A stretch of 64,000 nucleotides of DNA. Origin: the human T2T-CHM13v2.0 reference genome, Homo sapiens. Below, in pieces: positions 14,848 to 30,942 of this stretch. The notes below the pieces were generated by a model that saw nothing but the letters and a program-made list of their open reading frames with translations, ran no database searches and had not been told where the DNA came from. The stretch lies in NCBI RefSeq assembly GCF_009914755.1, contig NC_060926.1. The stretch is one strand, 5' to 3'. The position numbers and the translations under genes are program-made. The number at the start of each line of letters is the position of its first letter. Positions within the stretch are counted from its first letter, which is position 1.

Positions 14848-14897
14848 TTTTCTTTGTCCTTTTCTTTTCCCTTTCCCTCTCCCTTTTTCTTTCTTTC

Positions 14898-14945
<48 letters not shown>

Positions 14946-15037
14946 TTTCTTTCTTCCTTCCTTCCTTCCTTTCCTGCTTGCTTGCTTTCTTTCTTTCCTT
15001 CCTTCCTTCTTTCTCTCCCTTTCTTTCTCTTTCTTTC

Positions 15038-15086
<49 letters not shown>

Positions 15087-15183
15087 TTTCTTTCTTCTCT
15101 TTCCTTCCTTCCATCTTTCTTTCTTTCTTTCTTTCTTTTCTTTCTCTCTTTCTCTCTCTCTCTCTCTCTTTCTTTTTTTTTCT
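14848..15183. repeat. Compound (TTTC)n/(CCTT)n/(TC)n polypyrimidine microsatellite
   Basis: Direct reading; sits at the tail of the adjacent minus-strand Alu. Confidence 0.97.
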
Positions 15184-15184
15184 G

Positions 15185-15471
15185 GTGAGACAGGGTCTCA
15201 TTCTGTCACCCAGACTGGAGAACAGTCGCATGAACATGGCTCACAGCAGCCTTGACCTCCGAGGCTCAAGCGATCCTCCTGCCTCAGTCTCTCAAGTAGT
15301 TGGGACCACAGGCACATGCCACCATGCCCAGCTAGCTTTTCTTATTTTTCATAGAGACGAGGTCTTACTGTGTTACCCCAGGCTGGTCTCAAACTTTTGG
15401 GCTCAAGCAATCCTCCCACCTTGGCCTTCCAAAGTGTTGGCATTACAGGTGTGAGCCACTGCACTCAGGCC
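15185..15471 (-). mobile_element. AluJ
   Basis: gagacagggtctcattctgtcacccagactgg...gtgagccactgcactcaggcc. Confidence 0.88.
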
Positions 15472-16624
15472 AAAGTTCTCTTCAGTTGTAAGGTTTTTGG
15501 TACTCTATTGCCAAATTGTCCTCCAAAAAGGTTATGTCTTTTTACCCTCCTGCCAACATTATATAAAAGTGTCCACTTTTGTAGACTTTTACCAATGCTG
15601 ACTACTTTTGGTTTCAAAAAAGCTTTCAGTAATTTTCTATTAATTACTTTTACCCTTTTTTATTGAGGGTGTTCAACTTTTTATTGTTAGCATATTCTCT
15701 CTGGGCTCCATTGGACGCCTTGGCAGCTTTTTGGTAGTAGGTGCCTTTAGAAAAGTCCTTCTCGTCTGGCCCTTTCTGAGCAAATCTAGTGAACAGAATT
15801 GGCTCTATGCTCAGCATTGCTTAATACGGTTGATCCAGGGCCTAGGACTCATTCCTTCATTACCATCCACTTGCATTGTCTTAAAGCAAGGCTCTATTAA
15901 TTTAATTTGGCATTTCCTGTCCCAGCTCTTTAGTTTCATTAAACAAAGGCTTTAGAAAACTCCCAGTAGATGCCTATGTTGCTTCCTTTTAAAAAATTTT
16001 GGAGCTGTTTCCCTAGCCTAACCTTTTCTTCAGGGCAGGAGTTAAGTCCCTTCTACTGCATTCCTGTGAAGATGGTGATTCAAGAGGCAGGGCACCTGTT
16101 GCTTTGTGAAACAGTCCACTCTGCAGCTGGGCAGCTCTGTTACTAGAATGTTCTCCCTTCTGGGGAGCCAATATTTTGATGTCCTCTGTGAGTCTCATCT
16201 GCTTATCCCATCTGTTTATGTCCTTGAAGATGCACAGGTCTGACACCACGAGGTGGCCCTTAGAAATTTGATGGCATTTCTGATGTGTCCCCAACTCTTC
16301 TCCAACCACTCCTCCCAGAGCTTGTTTCTTAAGCCCCTTGTGGAGCTGATTGCTTTCCTCAAGGCAGCTCAGTTTTTCCCAGTTTGCTCCTGGTGGTCCT
16401 GAAATATGATTGACTCCTGAATACTCCAGGTGTGAAGGAGAGTGGGGGTGGCCTTTCTACTTGTCATGGCCTGGGTTTTAAGTTGCTGTCCAGTGGAGCA
16501 GAGGTGACTTTCCCAGTGAACTACATTTTTTCCCCTCTAAATCCTTAGCAATTTTGTCTCCAGAGGCAAGACCTGGCCAAACCATTTGTGTTGAGGATTG
16601 AATCAAGAATGATTGAGGAGATGA

Positions 16625-17888
<1,264 letters not shown>

Positions 17889-18539
17889 TATTATGGAACT
17901 GTAACTCTATTCGGTAGGGGAACAGAATTCACATTTGTGGGGCCCAGGTCTCTGCATCTGTAGGGATCCAGTTGTTTCATTTCTCGTTGTAGCAAGAACT
18001 TGGCTTTGGAATCAGACAGATTGATGTTTTCTATCATTCTAAATGGGTGCAGCTACACTTTCCTCAGGAGGTAGTTCTGAAAATTTAACAAAATGTGAAT
18101 TTCTTGGTAAAAAAAAAAAAACCTCAAAAATATTCAGTTTCCTTTCCTTTGTGTCTGATGTACTCCATCAAATACTTGGAAATATGTTTCTCTCATAGAA
18201 ATGTCATTGATCTTTGTAATTCTGATTATCCACAAACCTTGGGGATTAGCTGTTTCAATGTTCCTATTTTACAGATAAGAAAATGGAGCCTGTGGTAAGT
18301 TAAGTGAGTTACTCATGGCTACTTAACTAATATTTTACTAGGTGATAGGCCAGAGCTAGAGCCCAGGTCACCTTCTTATCAATGCTCTGCCTTGTCTCTG
18401 TGCCTTCCTGTCTGTCTGTATGTGTATGTGCCTGTTGACAGTAAGGCATAGTTTAACCCAGTAGAACTACCGGTTTGTAATGAATTCCACTTGTAAATGA
18501 CTGACCATTCAAGGAACAAGTGTTTTTTCTATGCTTGAC

Positions 18540-19320
18540 ACCTGTTTTGGATGCCAAAAAGGATACAAATGTAACTTCAGACACTCTGGGCCTCATTTTG
18601 CACTCATTAGCATGTCCAAAATTAAAAAGACTGACCACACCAAATATTGGTGAGGATGTGGAAGAACGGGAACTTTCATACACTGCTGGTGGGGATGTAA
18701 AATGGTACAATCCCTTTGGGTAACAGTTTGACGGTTTCTTAAAAAGTTAGACATATATATTTACCATATGACTCAGCCCTTCCACTTCTAGGTCTTTACC
18801 CAAGAGAAATGAAATGCTGTGCTTTTACAAATGTCTATACAGGAATGTACATAGCAACCTTATTTGTCATTGCAAAAAACAGAGACAATTCAACGTTGTC
18901 AAGAGTGAATGGATGAGCAAGCTGTGGTCTGTCTATGCAATGGTATCCTACTCAGCAAGACAAAGAGATGGGCTAAGGATACGCACAGCCATAAGCATGA
19001 ATCTTGACATAATTGGGCTGAAAGAAGCCATACATGAAGGAGTATATACTCTGTCATTTTATTTATGTAAAATTCTAGAAAATGTAAATGAGCCTATGGA
19101 GACAGAATGCATCAGTAGTTGTCTGATGTTAGGGGGCAGGGAGTTGGGAGAGAGGGGTTACCAAGGGGCGTGAGGAAATTGGGAGTGATGGATATGTTCA
19201 TTATTTTGACTGTAGTGATAGTTTCACTGGTGTGTACATTTGTCAAAATTATCAAATTGCATACTTTACATTTGTGTAGTTTTTTCAATGTTAGCCGTAC
19301 CTCAATAAAGCTGTTAAAAG
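18540..19320 (+). mobile_element. Old L1 (L1ME-like) 3' end
   Basis: ggtgaggatgtggaagaacgggaactttcatacactgctggtgggg...tacctcaataaagctgttaaaa; boundaries approximate. Confidence 0.75.
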
Positions 19321-19328
19321 ACTATACT

Positions 19329-19640
<312 letters not shown>

Positions 19641-20565
19641 GAGAGACTCTCTGGACCTCATGGTTGTGCGGATGTAAAGGAATTGTAGTAACAGTAATTC
19701 CAATTTCCCTAGTTCCTGTTCTCTTCTGACCAAGAACTTGGAGCTGCCAGCTAGTCTCAGCCTGGTGTATCTCGGAGTCCTCAGAGGCCATCTTACATGA
19801 AAATCGGTCTTGCAGCTACAGTCCCCCAGGCACTGTTCCTGTTATTGCTGAGAGCTCATTGCCTGTGAAGCTTCATGATGGCCCAGCACTCGCCCTGCTG
19901 CTGCTGACCAGGGGAGAATGCGGGTGTCCACTGTGGAGGCCTCTCTCCTCTGAGGACCCATGTGTGTGTTTTAAGGCCTGTGGCCATTCTGCATTCGGGT
20001 AGGAAAGAGGGCATCTCCCTGGTACTCACTGTGTCTTGGGCACTTTTTTACACTCACATCTCACAGTGAAAATAACGCCTCCAAGCCTCTTTCTCTGTGA
20101 CCTCCCATGGCTGAGCAGAGACAGCTGCTAAAGAAACGTACTGTGCTGTTTTCTCACGCCCCATTCCTCCGCGTGTTCTCCCCGCCCTTGCATACAGATC
20201 AGTTCATACTCATACATGACTTCCTGCTGCTTGCCCTGTCAGACCACCTGACACGTCTGGACGAGTCTATCCTAGCATGGGCACGAGGCCTCAGCTGGGC
20301 ATTCCCTCCCCACCGTGGGGCCAGGTCTTCATGGCAGCTTCCCCGGCAAGTACCACGTACAAAAGACTTTTCCATTTCCCAGTGCCTCTTCTTGGGCTCC
20401 AACTTAGAGGTGGAAGAGCCAGAAGGAGGGGAAAGAGGTGAAGAAAGAGTGAAGGATGGACCTGCTGCCCTTCCCCGGAGCTGTGGGTCGGGCTGAAAAT
20501 TGAATGGGCTGTGGGGTTGATGTTTTTCTTTTTTTCTCATCCCCCAACCTCAATTCTCATCATGA

Positions 20566-20916
<351 letters not shown>

Positions 20917-21699
20917 TAAGTTTTGAGTGGACTAACCTGGAATGAGTTTTAATTACTAAAATGAGACTTTTATCTTCTTTTTCAAAAATCCAGTTAAAAA
21001 ATAATAGTATTATTATTTTGTGTTTTTTAAAAAAGATCCAAGTTCTACATGTAAACAGTCAAATGGTTTTACAAAATTTGTTGCAAAAAATAATCAGATT
21101 CTTGCCCTCTTCCCCCATCTCTCGCTTCCTATCTGGTGTTTAGTGCTTGTTTCTTAATGACCGCTTTTACTGTTACTTCTTGAATTTTGAGTTTTACGTA
21201 TTAACAATTATCTTTAGAAAATGAGGATTTAGGTTCTTTGTCCTGCCCTAGTCTATACCACACACATCCACATTTCCTACCTCTTGATCTTCCTAATGCA
21301 ATTATATCTTCATTTTCTTAGACTAGTAATGAGTGCTTGTATCATTATGAATATGTGCTATTCAGAAGTGAACCATTAGTAAACTAGGTATTTTTCTTTG
21401 TTTTTTTTCCCCCTTATTTGCATAGTTTCCTATGTACTTATCATGAAGGCTGGATATAGTTTATATTGGTGGTCTTCTTTAAGAAAACAAATATAAAATT
21501 GTAAACACAAAATTAGGTATAGGGTCTTGGAAAGGACTCTTGCAGATTAAGTGTTCTGAAATTTAAATTTGATTAACTTTACAGTAAATCCACCTCTGAT
21601 TATCATTAATTTCACTTTAAACTTTTCACGAATTATTTAAATCTCCTCTTAAGACATTCAGATGTATTAGGCAGTTTCTTTTTATCTTAGGAAAAAAAA

Positions 21700-22500
21700 A
21701 TTCCTAGCGCTCTCTGACCTGCTCCAAGTTGGACTGGTGGCTCCTTGTTGCTGTGCCTGCTTTCATCCTGGGATCTCCCTTCACCATCAGGATTGCCTTC
21801 ACCTCATTCCAGTCTTGGATCTTTCTTCTTGTTTCTTGAGTATTTTTTTTTTTTTTTTGCTGCATTCCCTTCAGTGGCCTCTTGGGAAAAGATGTGTAGG
21901 GAGAAAAATTTTCTTTAGAAACTTGCATATCTGACAATATATTTATCCTATCCTGACATTTGGTAGATAGTTCAGCTGGGTACAGAATTCTAATTAATTT
22001 TCCTTCCTGATTTATAAGACATTGCTCCATTTTCTTCTGGCTTCCAATATTGCTGCTGAGAAGTCTGACACCATTCAAATGCCTGATTTTTTCCATGTGA
22101 TTGTTGTTTTCTGTCTGGAGTGTTGTAGGATTGCCTCTTTATCTACAGTGTTCTGAAATTTCATGACGTAGGTCTTTCTTCATTCATTATGGTAGACACT
22201 CAGTGGGCCATTTAATCGGGAAAAACATGTGTTCTTCAAGTTCTACAAACTTTATTACTTCCTTTTTCTTGTGTCTTTCTCTGGTCTGTTTTCAGCCCCG
22301 AGTCTCTTAGATCTGTCCTCTAATATTCCTATTGACTTTACTTCATTTTCTAAGTCTTTATCCTTTTGCTTTACTTTCCGAGAGACCTGCTTAACCTTAT
22401 CTCCCAACTCTTTTATTGAATTTCATTTCTTTTACTATATATTTTTTACTTTGAATACACCTCTCTCTTCCTCACATTTTCCCCCATAGTATTTTGTCTT
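21700..22500 (-). mobile_element. Degenerate L1/HAL1 ORF1 remnant
   Basis: ORF 21704-22096 contains IRILYPAELS...INILSDMQ, like the L1 ORF1p C-terminal motif PRILYPAKLSF...IKTFSDKQ; boundaries approximate. Confidence 0.65.
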
Positions 22501-22554
22501 CAATTGACAGTTCTACTATCTTATTACTCTGGAGATATTAATAATAGTTTTTAA

Positions 22555-23158
<604 letters not shown>

Positions 23159-23987
23159 CATTTTTTAAAAGTTTTCTTCTCTTTACCAAGTCTTTTTTCC
23201 CCTTTCTGCTTTTTTGGGTTGTTTTATTTTGATCTCTATCTTGCTAGAAACTTTCTGCAGACGTTTAGTAATACTAGATTTTTGAGAGTGGGCAACTGGA
23301 AAGCTGATTGGAAACTCTGAATACATGGGTGAGGCTTGTTGGCTGTGAGTGTCATTGCTTGATGTCCTGGCAAGGCCAATGGGTTTGGGACCCCTACTAT
23401 TAGTATAGGCCTGATTCCCTGGGAAAGGCTCTTTTGATCTCCTGCCTGGAGGATAAAGGCCTGGCTACCAGCCTTCTGTGTGTAATGTGAGGGAGAAGGG
23501 CTGGAGTATTCAACATCATGCTGAATCCTTTCAATGATCATCTTGTTTTTAGTAATCTCCTACCTTAACTCTCTGTCTTCTGCTAGTATGGGAAAGATGA
23601 CCTGAAAATCTAACCATTTATTTTTCCCCCATTAATATCATTTTATGATTATTCAGAAGTTAAATAATTGTCATGCTGTCCTCCAAAAAGACTGAATCAA
23701 CTAGCAACAAATAAGAATTTTCTCACAGCTCTGCCAGCATTTTAAAAGAATAGCTTTATTGAGCCCAGGAGGTCAAGGCTGCAGTGAGCTGTGATTACAC
23801 CACTCTACCCCAGCCTGGGTGACAGAGCAAAACCCTGTCTCAAAAAAGAAATTTAAGGAACAGCTTTATTGTTGTAAAATAGACATACAATAAACAGAGC
23901 ACATATTTAAATTGTGCAACTTATACTTTGATATAACCCTGTGAAAACATCACCACAATCAAGATAGTGAATATATTTATCACCTCC

Positions 23988-24341
23988 TGATACAGTTTAG
24001 CTCTGTGTCCCCACCTAAGTCTCATGTTGAATTGTAATCCCCAATGCTGGGGGAGGGGCTTTGTGGGAGGTGATTGAATTGTGGGGGTGCACTTCCCCCT
24101 TGCTGTTCTTGAGATAGTGAATGAGCTCTCATGAGCTCCCCTTCACTCACTCTCTTTCCTGCTGCCATGTGAGGATGTGCTTGCCTCTTCTTTGCCCTTC
24201 TGCCATGATGTGTTTCCTGAGTCCTCCCTAACCATGCCTCCTGTACAGCTTGCAGAACTGTGAGTCAGTTAAATCTCTTTTCTTCATAAATTACCCAGTC
24301 TCAGGTGGCTCTTTATAGCAGTGTGACAAGGAACTAATATA
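23988..24341 (+). mobile_element. MSTA-like solo LTR
   Basis: TGATACAG...CTAATATA with TSD CCTCC 23983-23987 and 24342-24346. Confidence 0.88.
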
Positions 24342-24452
24342 CCTCCTAAGTTACCTCAAGCTTCTTCTTAATTCCTTCTCCTCCCTTCCTTCATTGCCAA
24401 GCAAACAACCACCTGTTTTCTGTCACTATAGATTAGTTTACATTTTGTGGGT

Positions 24453-25147
<695 letters not shown>

Positions 25148-26649
25148 CAAGTGTTTCTATTTCTTAACCAGCTTTCATGCAATCTTTTTTTATTTTACCA
25201 TCTCTGTGATCCCACTCCCAAAGGTACTAGATGTCGATTGGTCCTTAGGATCAGCTACCATTTGCCCAACTGCTTTCCAGCCTTCCAAAAATTTTTTTCT
25301 TTTTTTCTTAAAGATACTCCTGTGTGAGGCTCAGAACTCTTGAATTGCTACTGCAAATATGAACTCGGTGATGTGAATGCCAGGGAATTGCCTGATTGAT
25401 CAAAGAAATGTATCCCCTTCTCCCTCACTCTTGCTGTCTTCTCATTTGTTTTCCCCATCCTTGTGGATTCGTGAATTTAAATATCCCTTTAATGTTATAA
25501 TATTTTAATGGCGTTTGGCGAAAAGTACAGAATTAGGTGCAAGAGTGCATAGCTGTTATTTTTTTTTTTGGCCTCTGAGACTGTTCATATATGCAAGTTA
25601 TTTAACAGAAAGTTCTGCAGTGACCTGAGATGTCAGGGGGGTCTGATAGAGTACGTTTGAAGGCAGTTACTGGAAAAAAATAATGCCATTTCTGGTTTGT
25701 ACTTCGGTAAGTTCAGATGACCCAATATATTGTTTACATGTGGCATTCAGTAAAAAAGTAGCTTCCCCTCCCTTTCTTCTTCCTTTTCTCCTTTCCTGCT
25801 TCTATAAAGCATCTGCTTTGGGAAACTTCTTAGGAGGAGAGCTTGCCAGCCCGTGGGTAATGGAGAGGTCTTGCAGAGATAAAAGAGATGCTCCCACTCA
25901 ATGCAGGATGGTGTGGAGGTAAATGGGGATATGTCTGGCATCACTCAGGAATGGGCCTTCCTGGCAGGGAAGAGAAGGGAGGGGAAAGAGGAAGGGAGTC
26001 AAAGATGAATTGCTGAATACGGGGATTCCAGGGCCTGGAGCCAGGAAGAGAACTTTGGGAGGTGTGAACCTGGAGGGCATCAGCTGATGAGGAGCAGCCT
26101 GAAGTCCGGGGAGGACCTGTTTTTGGTGGCCAGGAAGAAAGTGCCTTCCACACACAGGGAGGCCACAAGGCTGATGGGCTGGGGGTTGGAAGGACAGCCC
26201 TAGGACAGGCTTGGGAAGCAGGCTCAGGTAGGGACTGTGAGGTTCTTGTTGAGTCTTTTTCATTCCTGGTCTTAGAAAATAGAATCCAAGGCCTCTTGAG
26301 AGTGGAAGGTGGGTTGGGAGGAGGGCAGATGGGGCTTAGGCCCAGGACACCCGTAGAGCTACTGCCCAGCTGTCTCTCAGGGACTCTGCTGAGGTCACTC
26401 CAAGGATCATTCTTAGCCTTGCTAGACAGTACTGACAGAGGGAACCGTAGTATCGCACCCACTTCCTTCTCTTTCAATGAAAGTTTAAAGGTCACCATTT
26501 CCTCTGGCAAAGGAAGTTCCACAAATATTCCATTTCCGGTCTTAGAAACAGCAAGGTATCAAGCAATTGCAAACTTCCTGTGCTGGGGAATTCCCAAGGA
26601 AGTAGGGGCAGAGTTCTGGTGGAGACAAAGTGAATTCCGAGTGATTAGT

Positions 26650-26712
26650 CAGTAGCAGTAGCAGTAGCAGTAGCAGTAGCAGTAGCAGTAGCAGTAGCAG
26701 TAGCAGCAGCAG
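26650..26712. repeat. (CAGTAG)9(CAG)3 microsatellite
   Basis: Nine perfect hexamer units 26650-26703, then three CAG. Confidence 0.97.
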
Positions 26713-29544
26713 AACCAGAATTTCCCCGCACGTGTCTCAGGCTCTCATTTGCCAACTCAGTCTCTAAGTATTTTTATTGGCAGGAAAAATAAAATAGCTA
26801 TGAGTGAAATAATTCATTAGACCTGAGCCTCCATCAATTTTGTGTTTAAAGGCCTGACTCTCTTTACCTTTCCCTGGGATGGAAGATGCAAATGTTCCTG
26901 ATGTCACTGTCAAAAAAGAAGAACCAGTGGGTATATTGTATGCTTGAGTTCCAGCCATTTGTCACAATAGATAGAGATGACTGCCATGTGTGTAGACTTT
27001 CTATAGACTGTGTGCTAAACCCGACCTGCCACTTCCAAGGAGTAGATGAGGAATGTCCATGGTTCTGGGGAGCCCTACCCCAATTTGGGGCAGACATTCC
27101 AAAGCTCATTTTCTGTGGAGGGGGTTGATGGTTAAAGGACGGCCTGGGAGTAACTCGTCTGTACTAGGGCCCAGGAGAGTTACATGCTGCTTCCCATGTT
27201 ATTCATCATTCCCCCATGTGAATAGCTATGGCGTGAGGTCCAAGGTTAGGGCCTTTCTACCATAAATGGGGGAATAAAATTCCCCTACCAGCCTGAGAAG
27301 TTTCTGTTATAAAGAGGCCTTTTTTTTTGCGGGGGTGGGGGAGCAAGCCGACTAATGTGTTATTTCCATACGGTTTGTTTTAAAATGTAGACGTCATATG
27401 CAGGAGAGGTGGTGTAGTGAGTCACAACGGGATTAGAAGGACCAGTCCGAAAAGCAGAAGAGGGTCAAGTTCAGGGCACTGAGGACTACTGCATTCAGTG
27501 GCGTGAAAGGCAGATGGCTGAACAGGAGGGGGACATTACATTGCTTGTTCTCCTTGAGCCTCGATTTCCTCATCTAAAAAGAGGGTCATTTATTCACAGA
27601 ACATTTATTAAACTTGTGCCAGGCACCGTGCCAGGAGCTGGACTAAAAATTAAATCCACCCCTGTGAGCTGCTCTGAAGGCTAAAATATGAAGTATGTAA
27701 AAGTAACAAAGTGCTGTACACATGCAGCTATTCAATGACTGTGTGGGCATTGCGGCAGATTTTAATTTTCTTTTTTATTTCTTTCTCTTTAGTGAGAGGT
27801 GTTGGTTGTTATTATTGTCGTCGCTGTAACTGTCTATTTCACTTGCTTTTTTGTTGCCTCCAGCCCATTCCAGGGCTGTCATCTAGGACACTTCTTATCA
27901 CCTAAATAACCGGGGAGGCAAAGCGCTTTCTTAAGAGATGGATCCAGAAGAACAATGCTGGTTTTCTGTAGAAAAAGGGGCTGTGGGAAGTAGAGATAAG
28001 AAGGGAATTGGCCAAGATGAATGTACAGAGCCTTATTTTTTTTATAACACAGCAAGATTAGATACAAAACAGGACAATAGCATCATCTGTTTTTATAACT
28101 GGAAAGGACCTCACTTTACAGGTGGGGAAGAATAGAGTGGAGAAGTGAAGAGAATGGTCACAGAGTCAATCAGCATGTCTGCGTCAAAGCTGGGATTCCC
28201 GATTCAGGGCTCTTACTACAGTGACGTATGGCTAATATTTTGGCATTGTTTCGGGGAAAAGCTGAAGCCCTGATGGTGTACGTCACTCTTGAGATAGTCT
28301 GTAGTCCAGCAGGGAGGAAAGCAAGGAAGGGAGGTGGAGGCAGCATTTTTGGGTGTAACATTTCGTTCTTGTTTTGTGGCCAAATCATAGTGTGATTGGG
28401 ACAAGCCACTGCCTTTCTCTGAGCCTCCACTTTCTTTTTCTTCTTAAGAGGGAGGGAATAGTAGAGTAAAAGTAGTCATTTTATCAAACACCTGCTATTT
28501 TGGAGCCATATTGCAAGTGGGTTGGGGGTTGAACAGTTGGCTTTATTACCCATAGGATTAAATCCAACCTCGATACTGTGGCATTCCCAAACTCCAGTCT
28601 AATCTTCTTCTCCATCAGCCATGCCCCACGACACCCTGGTCATATCTGATGTTGCCCCTTGCACTTGCCCCCTCCTTATCTTTGCTTTCTGACCTACCAT
28701 ATGGCTATTGGTTGAAATTCTCATTTTCCAGGGCCTTGCTTAAATATCATCTCATCCATTAAAACTTTCTTGAACCTCCCCTTGCCCTGTTCCTCCCTAA
28801 TGTCTCAAGCCAGAATTTATTTCCTTTTGTGGCCAAGGGACTGGGTTTGTGACCTCTCTCACGAGACTTAATATTGAGACCAAACGTCTTTAGACCTCAC
28901 CAGCCAGAGAGATGAGCATCTATGGAATGCAGGCTTTTGCCTGGACTTGCTGATGCAGGGCCTCTGCCTTCCTCCAGGGCCTCTCCTGCTGTTTTAGGAA
29001 TTTCCCTCATGGCACAGTCCATGAGCTCAGGGTCAAGTTCATACATGTTTTTACTTCTTCTACTCTGCAAATGGTCTTCTTGAACTCTGAGGGTCCTAAA
29101 GCTGCTCTGCAGTTTGTGGGGTGAGTAGAAAGGGGCTTTCAAAAGTTGTGCTGTTGTTTCCCACCCCAATAGCATGAAACACAAAGATGCTTACAAATAG
29201 CTGCCTTGCTTTCTAGTCCCAACTTCTCTCTCCTGAGGCTTTAAAACAAGTCCCCCAGGTTGAGCTGGACTGGAGTTGTATCCTATCTTCATTATCTGTC
29301 TACTCTCTTTCTGCTCTCTAGAGAAGATATTATATATGTGTGTATGTATGTGTAAATATATAATATCCATATATAGAACATATATTGTTATATTTACATA
29401 TACATACATAACATATGCATGTATTCATATATACATATGTAGTATCAAAGTTGGAATTAAACTGTATATTTTGTAATTTGCTTTTATTTGCATCTATCAC
29501 TGTAAAATGAATATTTATCCATACCGTAAGATATTCTTCAATGT

Positions 29545-29863
<319 letters not shown>

Positions 29864-29989
29864 TAATGGCTGTATAGTATTCCATCATGTGGTTGTACCC
29901 AAAATTATTTAACCAGTCCCCAGTTTATTTCAATTTTTTTTTACTATTTTGAATAATGTTTTAGTAAATACCCACAAAATATGTACAAT

Positions 29990-30292
<303 letters not shown>

Positions 30293-30626
30293 GTACAATT
30301 TGTTGTACCTCCCTGATTATTTCTTTTAAGTAGAATTTTCTTATAATTTTTTTTATAAGTAAAATTTTGAATCAAGGGAGAAGCACCTGGAGTCCTTCAG
30401 ATACCTATTGCCAAACTGAACTTTTCTGTTCCAGGTTTACTACATTCAGCCTGACTCAGGGTTTGGGGAGTAGAGGAGGGGGTGGAGGCAGAGGGCCTCT
30501 CCCTGTCCCCACAGACCTCCCTTGGTGAGGTCCAAGTCTGGACAGGTGGAGTGTGGCATTGCACCGTCAGGTCCTGCTTCCTGTAATTCCCCTAAATCCA
30601 TCCAGTGGAGCCTCATTGTTCAAGTC

Positions 30627-30942
30627 TTTTTTTTTTTTTTTTTTTTTTAACTCCCCTGAAGACGGAGTCTCACTCTGTCGCCCAGGCTGGAGTGCAGTGG
30701 CACGATCTTGACTCATTTCAACCTCTGCCTCCCAGGTTCAAGTAATTCTCCTGCCTCAGCCTCCTGAGTAGCTGGCACTACAGGCGTGTACCATCACGCC
30801 CGGCTAATTTTTTTTTGTATTTTTAGTAGAGACGGGGTTTCACCATGTTGGCCAGGCTGGTCTCGAACTCCTAACCTTGTGATCTACCCGCCTCTGCCTC
30901 CCAAAGTGCTGGGCTTACAGGTGTGAGCCACCAGGCCTGGCC
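30627..30942 (-). mobile_element. AluS with atypical tail
   Basis: Body 30661-30942; T-run separated from body by AACTCCCCTGAA. Confidence 0.88.

Noticed and set aside
14825-15454. 209-aa, 133-aa and 132-aa ORFs rich in F/L/S or K/E/R
   Set aside because: Translations of the (TTTC)n microsatellite and adjoining Alu, which lack stops by composition
25941-26655. 193-aa minus and 119-aa plus ORFs
   Set aside because: Non-ATG starts, no recognisable domain or splice structure; region better explained as regulatory
26650-26712. Regular repeat considered as CRISPR-like array or poly-Ser coding tract
   Set aside because: Simple hexamer STR with no spacers and no surrounding credible ORF; eukaryotic context
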